A stretch of 64,000 nucleotides of DNA, from contig JAGNYI010000005.1 in NCBI GenBank assembly GCA_017985015.1, positions 21,041-85,040 of the forward strand, given 5' to 3'. Positions 25,623 through 33,934 of the stretch are shown here, in pieces (positions within the stretch are counted from its first letter, which is position 1; each line of letters opens with the position of its first letter). The notes under the pieces are model-generated. The model ran no database searches, was not told the origin of the DNA, and saw only the letters and a program-made list of their open reading frames with translations. Both the position numbers and the translations under genes were made by a program. The DNA is from Giesbergeria sp. GTDB taxonomy: Bacteria > Pseudomonadota > Gammaproteobacteria > Burkholderiales > Burkholderiaceae_C.

Positions 25623-27790
25623 AACGCATCGACCCACGCCTGCTGGCTGCCATTGCGCTGGCTGGCGTGGTGATGGCGCTGTGGTTGGTGCTGATGTCGG
25701 CCATCGTCTGGTCCACGCTCAGCCCACCTGAGCGTGAGGCTGTGGGCGAGGTGCTGGCGGGGCGGATCGCGCTGGTCTTTGTCGGCTGGGTGCTGGGCCT
25801 GATCGCCGTGGCAGCGGCGCTGCGCGTGCTGCACCAGCGCTACGTCGGCGCGCCTCACCGTTTGCTGGAGGAAGTCCGTGTCGTGTTGGCGGCGCGCCGG
25901 CCACAGCTGCTCAAGCCGCGCGGCACGCGGGAGATGCAGGCTCTGGTGGTTGCGGTGAACGAGCTGGCGGGGCAGCGGGACCGCCTGCGTGCCGAGATGG
26001 ACGCGCAGGTCACGCAGGCCAGCGAGCGTGTGCAGCAGGAGAAGGACCGCCTCGCAGCGCTGATGGCCGAGCTCCATCAGAGCGTGGTGGTGTGCAACCA
26101 CGCCGGGCGCATCCTGCTTTACAACCAGCGCGCACGCCAGACCGTTCGGGCGCTATCGCAGGGGCCCCAGCTGGCCGATGGCGCCGAGCTGATCGGCATT
26201 GGCCGCTCGATTTATGCGGCGCTGGAGCGCCAGGTGCTGGCGCACGCCTTCGAGCGCATTCAGCGGGCCGTGGCCAAAGGCGACGCCCGGCCGACGGCGC
26301 AGTTCGTCACCACGGTGGCGGGCGGGCAGTTGCTGCGCGTGCAGGTGGCGCCGGTGCGCGCCAGCCAGGGGGTGTCGGGCCGAAGCACCGAGGTCACCGG
26401 CTTTGTGCTCATGCTCGACAACGTGACCGAGAGCGTGGCCGAGGAATCCGAGCGCGACCAGTTGCTGCATGGCCTCACCGAAGGCAGCCGGGCGTCGCTG
26501 GCCAACATCCAGGCGGCCGTGGACATGCTGGGCTACCCCGACACCCCGCCCGCCATGCGCGAGCGCTTTCTGGCCGTGGTGCGCGAAGAGGTGGCCTCCA
26601 TGGGCACGCGGGTCACGGATCTTGCCCAGCGCAGCGCCCAGCGCCTCAAAACGCGCTGGCCGCTGGAAGATATGCTGGGCGCGGACCTGGCAGCTGCCGC
26701 TCAGCGCCAGCTCGGGGCACGCTGCGGCTGCCCGGTCACGCTGGACGCCATCGATCCGGCGCTCTGGCTCAAGGTGGACAGCTACACGCTGCTGCAGGCG
26801 CTCACCTACCTTGGCACGCGCCTGGTGGACGAGTTCGAGGTGCGCTTTTTGCAGCTGCGCCTGGCGCGCGCGGGCGCGCACGCCCAGCTCGATCTCGTCT
26901 GGGGTGGCCAGGCCATGAGCAACGAAACCGTGATGAGCTGGGAGATGGACGCCATGCGCTTTGGCACCGAGCGCACGCCGCTCTCGGTGCGCGACGTGGT
27001 TGAGCGCCATGGCGGCGAGATGTGGTTCGAGCGCGAGCGGGTGCGCCACCAGGCGCTGTTTCGCTTTCTGCTGCCACTGGCCAGCAGCCAGCCCGAGGAC
27101 GCCAGTCAGGCGGCGTCCGAGTCGCCCAGCCGCCCCGAGTTCTACGACTTTGACCTGTTCCAGAGCAGCGAAGAGGGCAGCGCTCTGGAAGACCGTCCCC
27201 TGGCCGAGCTGACCTACACCGTGTTCGACACCGAAACCACGGGCCTGAATCCGTCGGGAGGCGACGCCATCATCCAGATCGGTGCGGCGCGCATCGTCAA
27301 CGGCAAGCTCCTGCGCCAGGAAAGCTTTGACCAATTGGTGGACCCAGGCCGCAGCATCCCCGCCGAATCGATTCCGATCCACGGCATCAGCCAGGACATG
27401 GTGGACGGTCAGCCGCGCATCGCCCAGGTGCTGCCGGTCTTCCACGCCTTTGCCGAAGACACTGTGCTGGTGGCACACAACGCGGCCTTCGACATGAAGT
27501 TTCTTCAGTTGCAGGAAGAGGCCACCGGCATTGTGTTTCGCCAGCCCGTGCTCGATACCCTGCTGCTTTCGGCCGTAGTGCACCCCAATCAGGAGTCGCA
27601 CCGACTCGAAGCCATCGCCGAACGCTTCAACGTCACGGTGCTGGGCCGGCACACGGCGCTGGGCGACGCGCTGGTGACGGCAGAGATCTGGCTGCGCTTG
27701 ATTCCGCTGCTGGCCGACCAAGGCATCCACACCCTGCGCCAGGCGCGCGAAGCGGCGCAAAAGACGTATTACGCACGGCTGAAGTACTGA
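25619..27790 (+). CDS. membrane-anchored HAMP/PAS/kinase-like sensor region fused to a C-terminal DEDDh (DnaQ-like) 3'-5' exonuclease
   Basis: Two N-terminal TM helices. Coiled HAMP-like segment. HATPase-like tail (VVERHGGEMWFERE). Exo motifs FDTETTG, VAHNAAFDMKFL and HTALGDALVTAE. Confidence 0.8.
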   Translation: MKRIDPRLLAAIALAGVVMALWLVLMSAIVWSTLSPPEREAVGEVLAGRIALVFVGWVLGLIAVAAALRVLHQRYVGAPHRLLEEVRVVLAARRPQLLKPRGTREMQALVVAVNELAGQRDRLRAEMDAQVTQASERVQQEKDRLAALMAELHQSVVVCNHAGRILLYNQRARQTVRALSQGPQLADGAELIGIGRSIYAALERQVLAHAFERIQRAVAKGDARPTAQFVTTVAGGQLLRVQVAPVRASQGVSGRSTEVTGFVLMLDNVTESVAEESERDQLLHGLTEGSRASLANIQAAVDMLGYPDTPPAMRERFLAVVREEVASMGTRVTDLAQRSAQRLKTRWPLEDMLGADLAAAAQRQLGARCGCPVTLDAIDPALWLKVDSYTLLQALTYLGTRLVDEFEVRFLQLRLARAGAHAQLDLVWGGQAMSNETVMSWEMDAMRFGTERTPLSVRDVVERHGGEMWFERERVRHQALFRFLLPLASSQPEDASQAASESPSRPEFYDFDLFQSSEEGSALEDRPLAELTYTVFDTETTGLNPSGGDAIIQIGAARIVNGKLLRQESFDQLVDPGRSIPAESIPIHGISQDMVDGQPRIAQVLPVFHAFAEDTVLVAHNAAFDMKFLQLQEEATGIVFRQPVLDTLLLSAVVHPNQESHRLEAIAERFNVTVLGRHTALGDALVTAEIWLRLIPLLADQGIHTLRQAREAAQKTYYARLKY

Positions 27791-27863
27791 AATGCTATTT
27801 TTTTAATAGCTAACTAAGCTTATATATCAAACGCTGGAAGCCAAAAATGCTCGGAAAATCGAC
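27791..27863 (+). repeat. F1 element copy D (forward), fills the whole gap between two convergent stop codons
   Basis: AATGCTATTtttttAATAGCTaacTAAGCTTAtatatcaAACGCTGGAAGCCAAAAATGCTCGGAAAATCG. Confidence 0.8.
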
Positions 27864-29750
27864 CTAGAATCGCCCCGCCTGGTAGCGCTGGCCGAGCACG
27901 CCCTGGACCGTGTGCACCACCGAGAACGCCTCCTTGAGGTGGCTGCGCTCGAAGTTGGAGAGTTCCTCCAACGCCAGAAAGTTGTCGGGCGCCTGGCCCT
28001 GCGCCATTTGCCGGGCCTGGTGGCGGATGCGCAGCTTGGAGATGAATTCGAGCGCCTCCCGCAGGTCGCGCGCGCTCTGCGGGCTCACTTCGCCCGCGGC
28101 GCCGGCCACGGCCACCATCTCCAGCCGGTCGTGCGTGTTGACGGCGGCCACCGCGCCGGCCAGGGCAAACAGGCGAGCGAGATCAACGATAGGGACAATG
28201 CCCGTGTGCTTGAGGTCGATGGTGCCCGCATGGTCGCCACCGCGGATGCGCGCGATGGTCCCAAACAAGCCCAGCGGCGGGCGGTGCTTGAGCGCGTTGC
28301 CCACCATGTGCGCCAGAAACAGGCTGTTGCCGCGCGTGTTCTCCAGCACCTCGTGGCGCAGTGTGTCCAGCAACTCGGCGCGGCCGTGGATGGCGCGCAG
28401 GTCGAAGAACACGCAGGTCAGCATCAGCGCCATGGGTTCGGGCGTATCCACCCACTGGCGGAAATATTCGGCCCAGCGCGCGCGCGGCTGGCGCCATTTT
28501 TCCGTCATGGCCATCATCTCGCCTGGGCAGTGGATGTAGCCGCAGGCAGCCAGGCCGTCGCATACGTACCTGGAGAACTCACGAAACCAGATGCCGTGGA
28601 GGGATTCGTCGTAGTCGTCGGCCAGCACCAGACAGTTGTCCTGGTCCGAGAGAGCCGTCTGCTCGCTGCGTGCTTGCGAGCCTGCCGCCACCCACACGTA
28701 ATCTACCGGCGGCGGACCCAGGCGCTCTTCGGCCAGCTGAATCAGCCGCACCGTCACCGCGTCGGTGATGGCGGTGACGATATGCCCCGTGCTGTAGGCG
28801 CTGGCATCTGCGTCGGCCAGGTGGCGCTGCAGCGCCTTGAGACGCGTGGTGGTTTGCGCCAGGCCCGCCGCCGTGGTCTGCTTGTGGATTTCACCTGCCA
28901 GCACCACCGCCGAGGTGCTTTGCTGTTCGGCCAGGTCCGTCGCGGTGACCATGCCCACCAGTTGCGCTCCGTCCATCACCGGCACATGGTGGATATTGGC
29001 GCGCGCCATCAGCAGCATGGCCTCAAAGGTGGGGCTGTGGGCCTGCAGCGTATGGGGCGCCAGCGTCGCGATGCCGCGCACCGGCAGCGCGGGGTCGAGT
29101 TGCTCGGCCAGCACCCGGTTGCGCAGGTCGCGATCGGTCACCAGGCCCATGAGCTTGCCGTTCTCCACCAGCAGCACGGACGAGACGCGCTGCTCGCGCA
29201 TGTGGCTGGCTACCTCACGAATGGGCGTGTCGGGAGAAAGGCTGACCGGAGGCCGCCGCAGCAGTGTGCGAACGGGAGTGGCAAGGCGGTTGAGGCGCAG
29301 GCCGATTTCCCCGGGCGCTTCGCCTTCGCCATGCGCCATATCCGTAGCGCTGGGCAGCGAGGGGAAGTGGTATTCCAGCGCGTCGTGCGCCAGGCACAGC
29401 CGCGCCAGTTCCGTGGGCGCCAGCCAGGCCACCGCCCCGTCGGTAGCCGCCGTGGCCTGCCAGGTGGTGAGATGGCGCGCCGGCGTGGCGCCAAAGCCAA
29501 ACAGCTCGCCGCGCTGCAGGCGCACGGCCTGCCCCAGGTCAGGGTCCAGCAGATCCACCGCGCCAGCCACCACCATGCCCAGGCGGCTGAACAAACGGCC
29601 CTGGGGCAAGAGCAACAGGCCTTCGCTGGTGCCCTGATGCTCCCATTGCGCGGAAAAATCCGCCAGTACGGCGGCGTCCAGCGCCCCCCAGATGCGGTGG
29701 CTGGCCAGCAGGGCCTGAAAATCTTCGGAAGAAGGCGCGGCGGAATTCAT
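27864..29750 (-). CDS. cNMP-binding / tandem CBS / DUF294 putative nucleotidyltransferase
   Basis: Start MNSAAPSSEDF at 29750. CBS pairs (VSSVLLVENGKLMGLVTDRDL and HHVPVMDGAQLVGMVTATDL). NTase motif GSQARSEQTALSDQDN. Confidence 0.8.
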   Translation of the reverse strand: MNSAAPSSEDFQALLASHRIWGALDAAVLADFSAQWEHQGTSEGLLLLPQGRLFSRLGMVVAGAVDLLDPDLGQAVRLQRGELFGFGATPARHLTTWQATAATDGAVAWLAPTELARLCLAHDALEYHFPSLPSATDMAHGEGEAPGEIGLRLNRLATPVRTLLRRPPVSLSPDTPIREVASHMREQRVSSVLLVENGKLMGLVTDRDLRNRVLAEQLDPALPVRGIATLAPHTLQAHSPTFEAMLLMARANIHHVPVMDGAQLVGMVTATDLAEQQSTSAVVLAGEIHKQTTAAGLAQTTTRLKALQRHLADADASAYSTGHIVTAITDAVTVRLIQLAEERLGPPPVDYVWVAAGSQARSEQTALSDQDNCLVLADDYDESLHGIWFREFSRYVCDGLAACGYIHCPGEMMAMTEKWRQPRARWAEYFRQWVDTPEPMALMLTCVFFDLRAIHGRAELLDTLRHEVLENTRGNSLFLAHMVGNALKHRPPLGLFGTIARIRGGDHAGTIDLKHTGIVPIVDLARLFALAGAVAAVNTHDRLEMVAVAGAAGEVSPQSARDLREALEFISKLRIRHQARQMAQGQAPDNFLALEELSNFERSHLKEAFSVVHTVQGVLGQRYQAGRF

Positions 29751-29816
29751 GGCGCGGACCCGTGAGGCTAAAGCGGCATTGTTGCAGTTGCACCGTGTGC
29801 GTACCATGGTTGGCTC

Positions 29817-30155
29817 ATGAAATCGTCTGAAACCCGGATCGTCTGGCTGCAGCCTGGGGCACCGCCCAAGCCGCCGCTCGGTCAGACCTGCAATGGCTGT
29901 GGCCTGTGCTGCCTGAGCGCGCCTTGCCCGCTGGGCATGCTGGTTTCGCGCAGGCGCACGGGGGCTTGCGCCGCGCTGCGCTGGAGCGCAGTCGAGCGGC
30001 GCTATCGGTGCGGGCTCCTCAGTGAGCCGGCCGATGTCACGGGCTGGCGCTGGCCCTGGCTGCTGCGGGCAGTGCGCGCGGTGGCGCAGCGCCAGATTGC
30101 TGCGGGCAGCGGCTGCGACGCGGCGGTGGAGGCAATCCAACCAAACACTCCTTGA
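29817..30155 (+). CDS. small Cys-rich hypothetical protein (CxxCxxCC, YkgJ/UPF0153-like)
   Basis: CNGCGLCCLSAPCPLG motif. Stop codon lies in F1 copy E. Confidence 0.4.
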   Translation: MKSSETRIVWLQPGAPPKPPLGQTCNGCGLCCLSAPCPLGMLVSRRRTGACAALRWSAVERRYRCGLLSEPADVTGWRWPWLLRAVRAVAQRQIAAGSGCDAAVEAIQPNTP

Positions 30156-30210
30156 TTGATAGCTGATGGCGCTTACTGGAAAAGCGCTAGAGCCGAATTT
30201 CCCTTGAATA
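30151..30210 (+). repeat. F1 element copy E (forward)
   Basis: CTTGATTGATAGCTGATGGCGCTTACTGGAAAAGCGCTAGAGCCGAATTTCCC. Confidence 0.75.
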
Positions 30211-30315
30211 CGCGCGTTGCATGCAGGGAGATATTTGGGTGAAATAAAAGAGTCATGTACTATGACTCTTAAAATCCGCTCCGCGTTGACCTAGCTTGGC
30301 AATGCGTTTGTCGCA

Positions 30316-30329
30316 TTGCGGCAAATCAA
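30316..30329 (+). promoter_or_regulatory. candidate FNR/Anr-type box upstream of the ccoN-like gene
   Basis: TTGCGgcaaATCAA versus consensus TTGAT-N4-ATCAA. About 50 nt upstream of the ATG at 30379. Confidence 0.3.
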
Positions 30330-30378
30330 AAAACCTGCCGACACGGCGTTGGTTGTCGGCCCGCACAAGGATCTGTCT

Positions 30379-32031
30379 ATGGATAGCGCGCTCCTGAGCC
30401 TGCTCGGCGCCTTCTTGCTTTCACTCCTCGGCCTGTTTGTTTTCATCTGGTCGATGCGCAAGGGCTTGTTGATTGAAAACCCGCGCGCGGCGTCGGTCAT
30501 CTTTGCCCCGGGCGAAATTGGCCGGGCCGACGACCCCGCGCTGCCTGGAGCCGAGCAGAAGCCGCTGCGCGACGCTGCGGCAGAGGCCGGAGAGACCGGC
30601 CACGCGCCCGATCCCGACGAGCTGCTGCACCGCGTGGAGGCCGATCGCTCGACTGCGTTTCCGGTGTTCATGTTCATCGCCTTCGCCTGCATGTGGTTGG
30701 TGCTGGGCTCGGTGGCCGGGCTCACTTCGTCGCTCAAGCTGCACATGCCGGACCTGCTGGTGAGCGAAGCCTGGATGACTTTTGGCCGCATCCGCACCGT
30801 GCACCTCACCGCCGTGCTGTACGGCTGGATCTCCAACGCGGCGCTCGGCACCATCATCTGGCTGCTCCCGCGCCTGCTGCGCACGCCACTGATGGGCGGC
30901 GCCTGGGTGATGCTGGGGGGCGCGCTGATCAACACCGGCATTGCCAGCGCCATTGGCGCCATTGGCTCGGGCTGGACCGACGGCATGGAATACCTGGAGA
31001 TTCCCTGGCAGATCGGCCTGTTCATCGTCGCCGGCTTCATCTGCATCATCGGCCCGGTGCTCTACACGCTGGTGAACCGCAAGGTCGAATCGCTGTATGT
31101 CACGGTCTGGTACCACGTGGCTGCGCTGCTCTGGATTGCCCTGCTGTTCATCGTCGCCAAACTGCCGGGTGTGCACACCGGCGTGCAGCAGGCCACCACG
31201 AACTGGTGGTATGGCCACAACGTGCTGGGCCTGTGGTTTACGCCGGTGAGCGTGGGGGCGATCTATTACTTCCTGCCCAAGATCATCGGGCGGCCGGTGC
31301 GCTCCTACAACCTGTCGATTCTGGGGTTCTGGACGCTGGCCTTTTTCTACGGCCAGGTGGGTGGCCACCACCTCATCGGCGGCCCGGTGCCCGGCTGGCT
31401 GACCACGCTGTCCATCGTGCAAAGCATGATGATGATCATCCCGGTGGTCGCCTTCACCATCAACATGGCCGGCACCATGTGGGGGCGCATGCACCTGGCG
31501 CGCTATTCGCCCACGCTGCGCTTCATGATGTTTGGCGGTTTCATGTACATGCTGTCGTCGCTGCAGGGCTCGTTCGAGGCGCTGCGGTCGATCAACCAGG
31601 TGGCGCACTTCACGCATTTCACGGTGGCACATGCCCACCTGGGCGCCTACGCCTTTGTCACCATGGTGCTGTTTGGCGCCATCTACTTCATGATGCCGCG
31701 CGTGCTCAACTGGGAATGGCCGTACCCGCGCCTGATCACACTGCAGTTCTGGCTGGCGGCCATCGGCATTGGTATTTACTTCGTTGGCTTGTCGATTGGT
31801 GGCTGGCTGCAGGGGCTTGCCATGCTGGATGCCAAGCAGCCGTTCATGGATTCGGTGGCGGTGACCATTCCCTATCTGCAGTGGCGCAGCGTGGGCGGCT
31901 CGCTCATGGTGCTGAGTCACCTCATTTTTGTCGGCCACTTTCTGGCCATGGCGCTGCGCTTTGGTCCGCAGCGCACCGGCGCCGCCTTGTTCTGGCCGCG
32001 CAAGGCGCAGGAGCTGCTCCATGGAGAATGA
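30379..32031 (+). CDS. ccoN: cbb3-type (C-family) heme-copper oxidase subunit I with a CcoS/FixS-like N-terminal extension
   Basis: NWWYGHN, FYGQVGGHH and HFTVAHAHLG motifs. The N-terminus MDSALLSLLGAFLLSLLGLFVFIWSMRKG resembles CcoS. Confidence 0.8.
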   Translation: MDSALLSLLGAFLLSLLGLFVFIWSMRKGLLIENPRAASVIFAPGEIGRADDPALPGAEQKPLRDAAAEAGETGHAPDPDELLHRVEADRSTAFPVFMFIAFACMWLVLGSVAGLTSSLKLHMPDLLVSEAWMTFGRIRTVHLTAVLYGWISNAALGTIIWLLPRLLRTPLMGGAWVMLGGALINTGIASAIGAIGSGWTDGMEYLEIPWQIGLFIVAGFICIIGPVLYTLVNRKVESLYVTVWYHVAALLWIALLFIVAKLPGVHTGVQQATTNWWYGHNVLGLWFTPVSVGAIYYFLPKIIGRPVRSYNLSILGFWTLAFFYGQVGGHHLIGGPVPGWLTTLSIVQSMMMIIPVVAFTINMAGTMWGRMHLARYSPTLRFMMFGGFMYMLSSLQGSFEALRSINQVAHFTHFTVAHAHLGAYAFVTMVLFGAIYFMMPRVLNWEWPYPRLITLQFWLAAIGIGIYFVGLSIGGWLQGLAMLDAKQPFMDSVAVTIPYLQWRSVGGSLMVLSHLIFVGHFLAMALRFGPQRTGAALFWPRKAQELLHGE

Positions 32032-32665
32032 AGTCAAGCTGGCCGCCGGCGCCATCGTCGCGCTGGCCGTAGCCACCACGGCGCTGGTGGTCCTCCCCTA
32101 CATCCAGGTGCGCGACATCCACGCGCCCGAAGGCCTCAAGCCCTATACCAGCGCCGAGCTGCGCGGGCGCGAGGTCTACATCGCCAACGGCTGCGTCTAC
32201 TGCCATACCCAGCAGCCACGCGATCGCAACCTGGGGCCCGATGGCGAGCGCGGCTGGGGCCGGGCCTCGGTGCCGGGCGACTACGTGTACGACAAACCCC
32301 ACCTTCTGGGCAGCATGCGCACCGGCCCGGATCTGTTCAACATCGGTGCGCGCCAGCCCAGTCAGGACTGGCACCTGGGGCATTTGTTCCAGCCGCGGGC
32401 CTATGTGCCAGGGTCCATCATGCCGTCGTACCCCTACATGTTCGACGTCAAGCGCGAGGCCGAAGAGGGCGACGTGGTGCTCAAGCTCCCTCCCGGCGCT
32501 GCACCCGATGGACGCGTGGTGGTGGCCCGGCCCGAAGCGCTGGACCTGGCGCGCTACCTGCGCGGCCTGAATCACACCTACCCGGTGCTGCCGCCGCAGC
32601 CCCGCGGTGAAGCGGCGCCCGCCGCGGCCCCGGCCGGCGCGGCGAGCAGCGCCAAAGCGTCCTGA
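32021..32665 (+). CDS. ccoO: cbb3-type oxidase monoheme subunit II
   Basis: TM anchor then GREVYIANGCVYCHTQQ heme c motif. Overlaps the ccoN stop. Confidence 0.8.
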   Translation: MENEVKLAAGAIVALAVATTALVVLPYIQVRDIHAPEGLKPYTSAELRGREVYIANGCVYCHTQQPRDRNLGPDGERGWGRASVPGDYVYDKPHLLGSMRTGPDLFNIGARQPSQDWHLGHLFQPRAYVPGSIMPSYPYMFDVKREAEEGDVVLKLPPGAAPDGRVVVARPEALDLARYLRGLNHTYPVLPPQPRGEAAPAAAPAGAASSAKAS

Positions 32666-32681
32666 ACCGGAAAGCACCGCC

Positions 32682-33299
32682 ATGGAACCGATTCCCGAAA
32701 AATCCGAAACGCGTTTGGCGCAGGAGCGCGAAAACGCGGAACCCGAAGAGCGCATGCGACCCATGCCTCTCGCCGCCGCCGCTGTGGTACTGGTGATGGT
32801 GCTGTTTGGCGTTGTCTATCTGCTGCTGTCCGACCCGGTGGGCAATGCGCGCCTGGGAGACCGGCGCACCGTCGCCGATCTCTCGGGTCCGGCACCGGCC
32901 GAACCTGGCGCTGCCGTAGACGGCAAGGCCTTGTTTGCCGCCCATTGCGCGGCCTGTCACCAGGCCACCGGCAAGGGCTTGCCCGGCGTGTTCCCGCCGC
33001 TCGACGGCTCGGAATGGGTGCAGGGCGACACCCGCGTGCTTGCCAATATCCTGCTGCATGGCATCAATGGCGAGATCACCGTGGCGGGCGCCAGCTACAA
33101 CGGCGCCATGCCGCCCTTCCAGCAACTGGCCGACGCCGAGTTGGCCGGCTTGGCCAGTTTCATCCGCAGCAGCTGGTCCAACAAGGCCGGTGCGGTGCAG
33201 CCGGCGCTTTTTGAGCACGAGCGAAAAGCCAGTCCCCGCAGCGCGCCGTTTGAGGGCGGCGCCGCGCTCAAGGCGCTGGCCGCCGCGCCGGCCAGCTGA
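32682..33299 (+). CDS. membrane-anchored monoheme class I cytochrome c
   Basis: Single CAACH motif. GAMPPF Met-ligand region. One TM helix. Confidence 0.75.
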   Translation: MEPIPEKSETRLAQERENAEPEERMRPMPLAAAAVVLVMVLFGVVYLLLSDPVGNARLGDRRTVADLSGPAPAEPGAAVDGKALFAAHCAACHQATGKGLPGVFPPLDGSEWVQGDTRVLANILLHGINGEITVAGASYNGAMPPFQQLADAELAGLASFIRSSWSNKAGAVQPALFEHERKASPRSAPFEGGAALKALAAAPAS

Positions 33300-33934
33300 T
33301 GCTGCGCACGGCGCTGGCTGCCGCGCTGCTGGCCTGCGCCGGTTATGCGGGCGCGAGCTGGCTCACGCACGACTTTCAGGTCTGGACCGCCGAAGGCGCG
33401 CGCCGCCTGGAGGTGGCGCTGCAGCCGGTGCCCGTGCCTGAGGTGTCCATCGAAGGGCCGGGCCTTCCCGTGCAGCCCCTGGCGGGCTGGCTGGCTGGCG
33501 CAGGGCGCGTCACCGTGGTCGATTTCATGTACACCCGCTGCGAAACCATCTGCCTGAGCCTGGGCGGTGTTTTTCAGCAAATGCAGCGCCGCTTGCAGCA
33601 GGAGCCCATGGCGCCGGGCGCAGCGGTGCGCCTGCTGTCCATCAGCTTTGACGGCAGCTATGACACCCCCGCCCGGCTTGCGGCCTATGCTCGCCAGCTC
33701 GGCGCCGACCCGGCGCTGTGGCAATTTTCGCGCGTGCCGCAAGCCAGCGAATCGGCCGCCTTGCTGCGCCGCCTGCAGGTGGTGGTGGTGCCGGACGGCC
33801 GGGGCGACTATGAGCACAACGCAGCGCTTCTGGTGCTGGACGCGCAGGGCCGTTTGGTGCGCGTCTTTGACGTCAGCGAACAGGAACTGGCGCTGAATTA
33901 CGCCCGCCATCTGGCGGCCACGGGCCGGACATGA
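33299..33934 (+). CDS. SCO1/SenC family copper chaperone
   Basis: Thioredoxin-like fold with CETIC (CxxxC) and downstream His (YEHN). 1-nt overlap with the upstream stop. Confidence 0.7.
   Translation: MLRTALAAALLACAGYAGASWLTHDFQVWTAEGARRLEVALQPVPVPEVSIEGPGLPVQPLAGWLAGAGRVTVVDFMYTRCETICLSLGGVFQQMQRRLQQEPMAPGAAVRLLSISFDGSYDTPARLAAYARQLGADPALWQFSRVPQASESAALLRRLQVVVVPDGRGDYEHNAALLVLDAQGRLVRVFDVSEQELALNYARHLAATGRT

Noticed and set aside
27864-30140. 758-aa version of the DUF294 ORF, and other long N-terminal extensions in the track (48737 for rplM, 36939 for GGDEF, 46640 for the kinase, 42396 for ahcY, 7382 for the isomerase)
   Set aside because: The extensions run through intergenic or upstream-gene sequence. 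They lack similarity to the families concerned, and internal ATGs with RBS or stop-start overlaps give canonical N-termini.
30421-32079. 552-aa minus-strand ORF and 459-aa alternative + frame ORF over the ccoN-like gene
   Set aside because: No motifs. The called frame contains the heme-copper oxidase ligand motifs and regular TM periodicity.
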